Origin: Telmatocola sphagniphila
GTDB taxonomy: Bacteria; Planctomycetota; Planctomycetia; Gemmatales; Gemmataceae
Length of the DNA: 32,000 nt
Assembly (NCBI RefSeq): GCF_018398935.1
Contig: NZ_CP074694.1
Span: forward strand, 4,920,001 to 4,952,000
Direction of reading: 5' to 3'
Part shown: positions 25,872 to 32,000 of the stretch, piece after piece
Layout of the letters: every line of letters begins with the position of its first letter
How positions within the stretch are numbered: the first letter of the stretch is position 1
Notes under the pieces: model-generated
Told to the model about the DNA's origin: nothing
Database searches by the model: none
What the model saw: only the letters and a program-made list of their open reading frames with translations
Program-made: the position numbers and the translations under genes

Positions 25872-27305
25872 TTAAGGGGTCGCCGAGCGCTTCTGGGGAT
25901 TAAACAACCGGAAGCCGAGGTCGAGTTTCGTCTTCAGGACTTCCGGGAGGCCACCATCATCGACGCCGTTCGCGCCGACACTATAAATCGTCAGACCTTC
26001 CTCCGTCTTTCGCATTCGCAATGGCTTATCCGACCACGGATCCTCAGGCACTTCCTGCAAATACTCCGGAACCAACTCCTCCCAATTCTCCGGCCAACGA
26101 TTCTTCGACTGACGATAACGCTCCGCCGCCAGGGCACCGATACCACAACGAATTGTCGATTTCCAATTGAAGTCGCTCTTCAGCATCCCTGTCAGGCTCG
26201 GTTTCAACAACGCGCTCATCCAGGTGGAGGGACGAACATTGCTGAAAGCATCGTTTTCCTCCTCCTGATTCTGTCTGGCTTTAGCTTCCTCTTTTTCTTT
26301 CTCCAATTCGGCCAAAGTCGTTTTCAATTCGGGACTGTTGTTTTTCAGCTGTTCGATCACCTTGGTAATATCTTCTAGCAAATGGGCGCGATCCGCCGGG
26401 GCATACATTGGATAACGGATGTTCAGAAAGAACCTTTTGATTTCGTTTCTGCTCACCGCCCCGGGCGGTCGGACGCCGTTGCTCAACTGATTGCCAATCC
26501 GCAGCATCATCTGATAGCTCGAGGCCCGTTCGAATCGAAAGCCATTTACGAGGGGATTCTTTTGAAGAGTTCGCTCCAGATCTTCCTGTAATTTCTTGAG
26601 CGTGCTTGCCGAGGGGGTGCTCCAGGCCAGTATTTGTTCGAGGGTGGCAACAGTATTATTTTCCTGCCCCCAGGAAACTATCACATAAATAAGCATGCCA
26701 GGCGTTCTCGAAGCTTGCGCGACCGCTAATAACGCTCGAAGATCTTCAATCGCCAGATCGGGGTTATTCAATAGAGCCTGTCGCCGAGCATCCCAGATCA
26801 AAAAGTAGGCCTGTTGCGTCAACGGAGGCGGCGTCTTGGTCCCGGTCATCGCATCTTGGCCCCAGGTGATCGGTATCCAACCCTGGGGATACTCCACTTG
26901 TTTGCGGAGTTCACTTAGAAATTCATCGAGCTCTTTTTTGAACTTCGGGTCCTGAAGCTGCGGAAAATTTAGAACGTCGAGTTTCGGTCGGCCGGGGAGC
27001 TTCACCTTATCCTGGGGTAGATCCGGAATCAGAGTGGCATCGATGGAAGAATACTTTTTCTGAAGGGCTTCCAGGTGAAGATAGCCATTTTTGTCATCGG
27101 GCAGATTCGGCGACTGGGCAATCATTTTCTCCCAGGCCCAATCGGGATCGATCTGATTCAGTTCCGCTAAAATGCGATCTTCGTATTTTGCCGATTCGCG
27201 ATAAACCAGATGCCGGTAGCCGTAAAGACCGGCACTCCCGAGGAGTACCAGAAGAAAGAGATAAAGGCTTCGACGCAGCCAACGATTCCGCGGAAGGAGT
27301 CGCAT
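25872..27305 (-). CDS. Membrane-anchored protein with a GspG-like C-terminal domain, paralog 2 of 3
   Basis: 477 aa. The N-terminus is MRLLPRNRWLRR plus a TM. The C-terminal ~78 aa match paralog 1 except for one residue (LDL versus LDI). The middle is divergent. Confidence 0.85.
   Translation of the reverse strand: MRLLPRNRWLRRSLYLFLLVLLGSAGLYGYRHLVYRESAKYEDRILAELNQIDPDWAWEKMIAQSPNLPDDKNGYLHLEALQKKYSSIDATLIPDLPQDKVKLPGRPKLDVLNFPQLQDPKFKKELDEFLSELRKQVEYPQGWIPITWGQDAMTGTKTPPPLTQQAYFLIWDARRQALLNNPDLAIEDLRALLAVAQASRTPGMLIYVIVSWGQENNTVATLEQILAWSTPSASTLKKLQEDLERTLQKNPLVNGFRFERASSYQMMLRIGNQLSNGVRPPGAVSRNEIKRFFLNIRYPMYAPADRAHLLEDITKVIEQLKNNSPELKTTLAELEKEKEEAKARQNQEEENDAFSNVRPSTWMSALLKPSLTGMLKSDFNWKSTIRCGIGALAAERYRQSKNRWPENWEELVPEYLQEVPEDPWSDKPLRMRKTEEGLTIYSVGANGVDDGGLPEVLKTKLDLGFRLFNPQKRSATP
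25896..26131. repeat. Near-identical 236-bp tract shared by the 3' ends of paralogs 1 and 2 (copy B)
   Basis: Partner of 24435-24670; see that entry. Confidence 0.9.
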
Positions 27306-27356
27306 AATGAAGGGGATCCCGAGGGGAACTTACAGTTTCTAGACGCCCGGAGTTGT

Positions 27357-27364
27357 TTTATATT
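27357..27364 (-). promoter_or_regulatory. Candidate -10-like element AATATAAA about 50 nt upstream of paralog 2
   Basis: The same octamer (minus-strand sense AATATAAA) occurs 52 nt upstream of the paralog 2 ATG and 50 nt upstream of the paralog 3 ATG. No convincing -35 element is present. Confidence 0.2.
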
Positions 27365-27394
27365 TCACGCTAACGTATCCCAAAAGCATTTCCT

Positions 27395-28876
27395 CTACGG
27401 CAGCGCTTTCCGCTTCTCCGGGTGGAACAGTCGAAAACCGACATCGAGCTTGAGGTTCAGAACCTCCGGAATGCCCCCGTCGTCGACCCGGTTCACCCCC
27501 ACGCTGTATATCGTCAACCCCTCTTGCGTTTTTCGCATTCGCAAAGGCTTATCCGACCACGGGTCCTGAGGAACCTCCTTCAAATATTGCGGAACCAACT
27601 CCTCCCAGTTCTTCGGCCAGCGACCGTTCGATTGACGAAATCGCTCCGCCGCGATTGCGCCGAGACCGCAGCGCAAATTGGCTTGCCAGCTGAAATGAGA
27701 TTTGATCATCGCGTAATAAGAAAGTTTACTTTGGCTGCTCAACCATTGCGAGGGAGGCATATTGTTGACGAATTCGCCATCGCCTTTTTTCTGGCTTTCT
27801 TGCATCTTCTCGATTTCACTTTCCCATTCCATCAAAATGGCTTTTATCTCGGGACTGTTGCTTTTGAGTAGCTCGATGGCCCTGGTCGTATCTTCCAATA
27901 GATGCGCGCGATCCGCCGGGGCGTACATTGGATAGCGGGAATTCAGCAAAAATCTATTGAAGGCGTTCAAACTCGCCGCGCCAGGCAGAGCGGGTCCATC
28001 GCTCATCGCAGCAGCAATTTGGGACATCTGTTGATAGTTTGAGGCGCGTTCGAATCGCAAGCCATCGACCAGGGGACATTGCTGAAGAGTCTTTTCCAGA
28101 TCGTCCTGTAACTTCAAGAGCTCTTGGGCGGATGGCGTGCACCAAGCGAGAATTTGTTCGAGCGTGGTGACGGAATTTTGCTCTATCTTCCGGGAGATCG
28201 CCTGAATGTAGAGGACGCCGGGTGTCCCGAAGGCGTGGGCTCCCGCGAGGGCAGCGCGGAGATCCAATATTGCCAGTTCAGGTGCATTCATGAGAGCTTG
28301 ACGCTGAGCATCCCAATTCAGCCAGGAGAGTGTCTGCTGGAACATGGATACGGGAGTGGCGGTTCCTTTCAACAGGTCCTCCCCCCGTGGGATCGGCATC
28401 CACCCCTGCGGATAATTTACCTGCTTGCGAAATTCCATCAGCAGTTCATCGAATTCTTTTTTAAACTCGGGATACTCAAGCAGGGGATGATCCAAATCTG
28501 CAAGCCTGGGCCGGGCGGGTAGTGGGGGTAAATTATTTGGAACCGGGCCAAGGGCGAGGGAGGTACTTTGAGGACTTAGAGAGGTGGTCATACTGATAAC
28601 AGGGCTATAGTTGGCGCTATACTTTGACAGAAGGGCTTTTAATCGGAGGTAGCCGTTGTGATCGTCGGGTAGATTCGGCGACTGGGCAATCATCTTCTCC
28701 CAGGTCCAATCGGGATCGATCCGACTCAGTTCCGCCAGCATCCGTTCTTCATAAGCCAACGATTGGTAATAGACGATGTAGCGGTAACCAAAAAGCGTCG
28801 AGCCGCCGAGGAGTACAAGCAGAAGCAGATAAAGACTTCGACGCAGCCAGCGATTACGGGGGAAAAAACGCAGCAT
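27395..28876 (-). CDS. Membrane-anchored protein with a GspG-like C-terminal domain, paralog 3 of 3
   Basis: I trimmed the track ORF (TTG at 28942) to the ATG at 28876, so the N-terminus (MLRFFPRNRWLRRSLYLLLLVLL) aligns with paralogs 1 and 2. This gives 493 aa. The C-terminus is AAERFRQSNGRWPKNWEELVPQYLKEVPQDPWSDKPLRMRKTQEGLTIYSVGVNRVDDGG. Confidence 0.82.
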   Translation of the reverse strand: MLRFFPRNRWLRRSLYLLLLVLLGGSTLFGYRYIVYYQSLAYEERMLAELSRIDPDWTWEKMIAQSPNLPDDHNGYLRLKALLSKYSANYSPVISMTTSLSPQSTSLALGPVPNNLPPLPARPRLADLDHPLLEYPEFKKEFDELLMEFRKQVNYPQGWMPIPRGEDLLKGTATPVSMFQQTLSWLNWDAQRQALMNAPELAILDLRAALAGAHAFGTPGVLYIQAISRKIEQNSVTTLEQILAWCTPSAQELLKLQDDLEKTLQQCPLVDGLRFERASNYQQMSQIAAAMSDGPALPGAASLNAFNRFLLNSRYPMYAPADRAHLLEDTTRAIELLKSNSPEIKAILMEWESEIEKMQESQKKGDGEFVNNMPPSQWLSSQSKLSYYAMIKSHFSWQANLRCGLGAIAAERFRQSNGRWPKNWEELVPQYLKEVPQDPWSDKPLRMRKTQEGLTIYSVGVNRVDDGGIPEVLNLKLDVGFRLFHPEKRKALP

Positions 28877-28925
28877 GGTGCGAATTCCGTTAAGGAATCT
28901 GACATTTTTTAGCGCCGATGGGCGC

Positions 28926-28933
28926 TTTATATT
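28926..28933 (-). promoter_or_regulatory. Candidate -10-like element AATATAAA about 50 nt upstream of paralog 3
   Basis: See the entry at 27357-27364; same octamer at the same spacing. Confidence 0.2.
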
Positions 28934-29079
28934 CCCTCCCAACGCTTCCCGAATGAAAACTGTTTGCGCCGGTTCGGGAGCGAAGAGAATTCAATTCATC
29001 GAATCGGGATCAATGCCCTGTTGCCGTAGGAGATCCCGCATTTTTCGCTGAGCCCGCCTTCGACAACGACAGCAAGGGA

Positions 29080-30036
29080 TTAGACGGAACGAATCAGGGC
29101 ACTGATCGATTCGTTATCGTGAATCCGGCGAATGGCATCGGCCAGCAGATAGTCGATGCTAAGCACCGTGATCTTGGGAATCGCCTTCTCCGCCGGTAAC
29201 GGAATACTGTCGGTAATGCAGATCCGTTCGATAGGCGCTTCCCGAAGACGGTGAATAGCCGCCCCGCACAGAACCCCATGCGTGGCAAAAACGTGGATTT
29301 CCCGAGCCCCTTTCATTTTGCAAACCTGCGCGGCTCCGCAGATACTGCCCGCCGTGGTGATCATGTCGTCGAACATGATGGCCACTTTGCCCTCAAGCGA
29401 AGCCCCGATCAGGTTGGCTTGCTCCGTCTCCGTGGGGCTGCTGCGGCGTTTATCCACGATCGACAACTCACCGCCCAGTTTCTTCTGATACTCGAGGGTC
29501 ATTTTCACCCGCCCCTCGTCGGGGGAGACGAATACCACATTTTGATCCATCAACCCCGATTGTCGAATGTGCTGAATAAAAACGGGTACCGCCATGAGGT
29601 GATCGACGGGGATATCGAAGAAGCCCTGAATCTGTGCGGCGTGCAGATCCATCGTCAGAACGCGATTGGCCCCGGCGGCGGTCAGCAGATTCGCCGCCAG
29701 CTTGGCGGAAATCGGTACCCGTCCCTGATCCTTGCGATCCTGCCGGGCGTAGCCGTAGTAGGGCAGCACAACCGTGACGCGTGCGGGGCTGGCCCGTTTG
29801 AAGGCGTCCAGAATCACCAGCAATTCCATCAAATTTTCATTCACCGGCGGGCAAGTCGGCTGCACGATGAAGACATCGCGACCGCGAACATCCTCTTCAA
29901 TTCGAACGGAGGTTTCCGAGTCGGGAAACGACTCGACGCGCAGATTTCCCAGACTATCGCCGAGATTGCGCGCAATGCGCTCTGCCAGGGGACGATTTGC
30001 CCGACCGCTGAAAACCCGGAGGTGATTGTGGTTCAT
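29080..30036 (-). CDS. prs: Ribose-phosphate pyrophosphokinase (PRPP synthetase)
   Basis: I trimmed to the ATG at 30036 (MNHNHLRVFSGRANRPLAERIA), giving 318 aa. FPD.E..VRIEE.VRG.DVFIVQ, VLPYYGYARQDRK, MDLHA.QIQGFF and DDMITTAGS are all present. The 77-aa N-terminal extension in the track is S/P/R-rich with no homology. Confidence 0.93.
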   Translation of the reverse strand: MNHNHLRVFSGRANRPLAERIARNLGDSLGNLRVESFPDSETSVRIEEDVRGRDVFIVQPTCPPVNENLMELLVILDAFKRASPARVTVVLPYYGYARQDRKDQGRVPISAKLAANLLTAAGANRVLTMDLHAAQIQGFFDIPVDHLMAVPVFIQHIRQSGLMDQNVVFVSPDEGRVKMTLEYQKKLGGELSIVDKRRSSPTETEQANLIGASLEGKVAIMFDDMITTAGSICGAAQVCKMKGAREIHVFATHGVLCGAAIHRLREAPIERICITDSIPLPAEKAIPKITVLSIDYLLADAIRRIHDNESISALIRSV

Positions 30037-30085
30037 AAAGAAATTTGTCTGATCCGCGGTCGGAGTTGTCAAGGAAAATGCGAAG

Positions 30086-30119
30086 GAACTGTTAAGCACC
30101 TGCGCATTTCTCGGGAAAT
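30086..30119 (-). terminator. Strong hairpin between the peroxiredoxin stop and the prs start
   Basis: gcacctgcgcatttc-tcgg-gaaatacgcaggtgc forms a 15-bp stem with one internal mismatch and a 4-nt loop, 24 nt downstream of the peroxiredoxin stop. The tail after the stem on the minus strand is only 'tt', so it is not a canonical U-tract terminator. Confidence 0.4.
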
Positions 30120-30142
30120 ACGCAGGTGCGGAAGAGGAAAAT

Positions 30143-30733
30143 TTATTTACTGCCGGCTTTGTGGAAATAGGCCTTCGATCCGGAGACGGTGGGCTTGATC
30201 GTGTCCCCACCCGGCTTCCAGTCGGCCGGGCAGACTTCGCCATGCTTCTCGACGAACTGCAGTGCATCGATGACGCGCAGCGTTTCGTCCACGCTCCGGC
30301 CCAGAGGCAGGTCGTTGATGGTGATGTGACGAACGATCCCTTCCTTATCGATCAGGAAGGTGCCGCGCAAAGCGATGCCGCCTTCCAGAAGAACGCCGTA
30401 GTCGCTGGCGATCTTCTTGGTGATGTCCGCGACCAGAGGATAGTTCAGATGGCCCAGGCCGCCTTCGGTACGGGGAGTCTTGATCCAGGCGAGGTGACTG
30501 AATTGGCTGTCGATCGAGCAGCCCAGCAGTTGAACGCCGCGCTTTTCGAATTCCGCCGCCTTGTCGCTGAAAGCGATGATTTCCGTCGGGCAGACGAACG
30601 TGAAGTCGAGAGGGTAGAAGAATAATACGACGTACTTGCCTTTGTAATCCGAAAGGCTGATCTGCTTGAATTCCTCTTTCACAACAGCCTGCGCTGTGAA
30701 ATTCGGGGCTTCCTTCTGTACAAATACCGCCAT
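30143..30733 (-). CDS. Typical 2-Cys peroxiredoxin (AhpC/Tsa/Prx1 family)
   Basis: I trimmed to the ATG at 30733, which has GGAGA upstream, giving 196 aa. The peroxidatic Cys is in [15 protein letters not shown] and the resolving Cys is in [13 protein letters not shown] and C-terminal YF motifs are present. Confidence 0.92.
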   Translation of the reverse strand: MAVFVQKEAPNFTAQAVVKEEFKQISLSDYKGKYVVLFFYPLDFTFVCPTEIIAFSDKAAEFEKRGVQLLGCSIDSQFSHLAWIKTPRTEGGLGHLNYPLVADITKKIASDYGVLLEGGIALRGTFLIDKEGIVRHITINDLPLGRSVDETLRVIDALQFVEKHGEVCPADWKPGGDTIKPTVSGSKAYFHKAGSK

Positions 30734-31057
30734 TGAGGTAATCTCCCTGTTGAGTTTTCGATTCAAGTTATGATAAGACTCTGCGACTCAACTTGGCCAG
30801 AGAACCGGTCCACGGCCGCGAGATAGCCCTCCGAGAGTTGTTCTGAGAAGCGGTTTTAAGCCGCCGGAAGCAGCCTCCAACTCTCAATTGCCGCCTTCAA
30901 TCGGCAAAACTTCCCCAAACTAACACTCACAAACCGCAAATCCGGGCAACCTGGCTTTATCGTCACAAGCTGCATTACCGATACGAATTGCAGAAGGCTT
31001 GGTAAGCGAGGCGATACTCGAAAATTTCCTCGACCCTGTAATCGGAGTGACAGATCC

Positions 31058-32000
31058 ATGAAACGGCAAATCGCAATCAAAACCCTTTCAGTTTCGCTGC
31101 TGGTTGCGGGTCTGGGCTGGAATGGGATTGCAAGTTCGATTCGCGCGGCCGAGCCGACTTACACCGCCAACCAGGTGATTTCCCTCCAGGAACCGGGCAA
31201 ACCGGCCCGCCTGTGCACGATTGTTTCCAGCAGCAAACAGTCCAACGGCAAAACGGTTTACACCGTGAAAGCCAATGATTCGGGCGAACTGCTGATGGTG
31301 AAATTCGACGCCAATACGACTAACATCGTGACGACCGAACCCAAGGATCCGCTCCTGTCGACCGTGAACGAAACTTTGAAGACCACCAATCCAACTCAGA
31401 AACCCTCCACCGCTTCCAGCGGCCATGAAACCAGCGGCCTGTTGAGCCGGTTGACTTTCAGCAGCTCCAAATCGACCACTGATACGAAAGCTCCTGCTTC
31501 CCCCACAGTGAATTCGACGATGACGGCCCAACCGGTGATCATCGACAATGCCCCGGTGGAAACCGTGCTTCGCCAGCCGCTGCCTTTGGATCCGAAAATG
31601 CCCCCGGCTGCGGAATTGATCCCTTCTCATCCGACATCTTCGGCCGCTACCCAGATTGTCCAAGTTCCCGTCGCGCCGGTAACTCCGGTCGCCCCAGTAG
31701 TGATGCGGCCAATTCAGGAACCGATTTCCGTAAAACCGATCATCCAGGCCCCCGCTCAGCTTCCCCGGGAAGTGCAGCTGCAAAGCGCCCTGCGGGATGC
31801 CCTGCAGCCTTCCGAACGCGAGTTGGCCGCCATGCAGCTGAGCCAGTCGACGAATTATCCCCCGGCCAAGCTGGCTCTGATGCATGCCGCCAAGGAAGAT
31901 CCCGCTCCGACGGTTCGGGCTTGCTGCCTCCGATGTCTCGTAAAAGTTGCCCCGGGCGACAACAAGGTGGTTTCATTACTCGAAACCGCCAAAGAGGATA
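31058..32000 (+). CDS. Secreted protein with a P/T/S-rich middle and a HEAT-like repeat, 3' end beyond the window (not in the supplied ORF track)
   Basis: I translated by hand from the ATG at 31058 and found 314 codons with no stop to the window edge. The frame checked out at 31141, 31501 and 31921. It has a signal peptide (MKRQIAIKTLSVSLLVAGLGWNGIASSIRAAEP). The end (EDPAPTVRACCLRCLVKVAPGDNKVVSLLETAKED) has a HEAT/PBS-lyase-like pattern. The overlapping minus-strand ORF 31088-31885 is R/G-rich and looks antisense. Confidence 0.6.
   Translation, partial: MKRQIAIKTLSVSLLVAGLGWNGIASSIRAAEPTYTANQVISLQEPGKPARLCTIVSSSKQSNGKTVYTVKANDSGELLMVKFDANTTNIVTTEPKDPLLSTVNETLKTTNPTQKPSTASSGHETSGLLSRLTFSSSKSTTDTKAPASPTVNSTMTAQPVIIDNAPVETVLRQPLPLDPKMPPAAELIPSHPTSSAATQIVQVPVAPVTPVAPVVMRPIQEPISVKPIIQAPAQLPREVQLQSALRDALQPSERELAAMQLSQSTNYPPAKLALMHAAKEDPAPTVRACCLRCLVKVAPGDNKVVSLLETAKED

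Noticed and set aside
28911-28926. Hairpin agcgcc-gatg-ggcgct as a terminator for prs
   Set aside because: The T-rich tail (tttatatt) follows the stem only on the + strand, where there is no upstream gene. On the minus strand, the direction of prs, the stem is followed by an A-run. Its function is unclear and it overlaps the candidate AATATAAA element.
29251-30198. 315-aa + strand ORF
   Set aside because: It is antisense to prs and has no motifs.
30037-30267. 77-aa N-terminal extension of the prs ORF, and similar extensions at 18749-18964 and 28877-28942
   Set aside because: The extensions are low-complexity and have no counterpart in homologs or paralogs. Internal ATGs give canonical N-termini: a PRPP synthetase start, a signal peptide preceded by GGAGG, and a paralog-aligned MLRFFPRNRWLRR.
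30755-30799. 7-bp inverted repeat gttgagt...actcaac upstream of the peroxiredoxin as an OxyR/PerR-type operator
   Set aside because: The arms are 31 nt apart and do not resemble the PerR or OxyR consensus sequences I know. There is no supporting second site.
31088-31885. 265-aa minus-strand ORF
   Set aside because: Its translation is R/G/H-rich and featureless. The opposite strand encodes an open frame with a signal peptide and a HEAT-like repeat (see feature 31058-32000).
1-32000. Search by eye for tRNA, rRNA, CRISPR repeats, IS elements, integrases and riboswitches in intergenic regions (2914-3085, 3434-3651, 9093-9304, 16439-16598, 28877-29079, 30734-31057)
   Set aside because: I found no cloverleaf-compatible segments, no regularly spaced direct repeats and no transposase- or integrase-like ORFs. 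The spacer upstream of eutB (48 bp) is too short for a cobalamin riboswitch. A covariance-model scan (Infernal/Rfam, tRNAscan-SE) would be needed to exclude small RNAs rigorously.

Overview
Gene-dense chromosomal window of roughly 55% GC (spot counts only). By eye I found no rRNA, tRNA, CRISPR array, transposase or integrase. The protein repertoire suggests a Planctomycetota (Gemmata-like) genome; this is inference only. It includes a tail-anchored Ser/Thr kinase, a WD40 protein, a signal-peptide PQQ-type propeller, membrane-anchored proteins with pseudopilin-like C-termini, and an isolated rpsR.

Recognisable housekeeping and metabolic genes:
- gmd plus an rmd-like reductase (GDP-D-rhamnose route)
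- rpsR
- an aldo/keto reductase
- eutB, an APC permease and eutC
- pilT
- hom
- a single-ORF LipB-LipA fusion
- a DinB-family protein
- prs
- a typical 2-Cys peroxiredoxin

The strongest candidate for something undescribed is a co-directional minus-strand block at 3945-9092. Its core (4945-7854) encodes a BrxL-type AAA+ ATPase that lacks the Lon-protease domain and has no other BREX genes nearby. An intact EEP-fold nuclease/phosphatase and a 179-aa protein with no recognisable domain follow it, and those two genes sit in a clearly lower-GC patch.

A second notable locus (24390-28876) is a tandem triplet of paralogous genes. Each encodes an N-terminal membrane anchor, a variable helical middle and a GspG-like C-terminal domain, and the copies share mosaic near-identical DNA tracts that suggest gene conversion.

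Several long ORFs in the supplied track are antisense artefacts of real genes. One real-looking 3'-open ORF (31058 to window end, + strand) is missing from the track.
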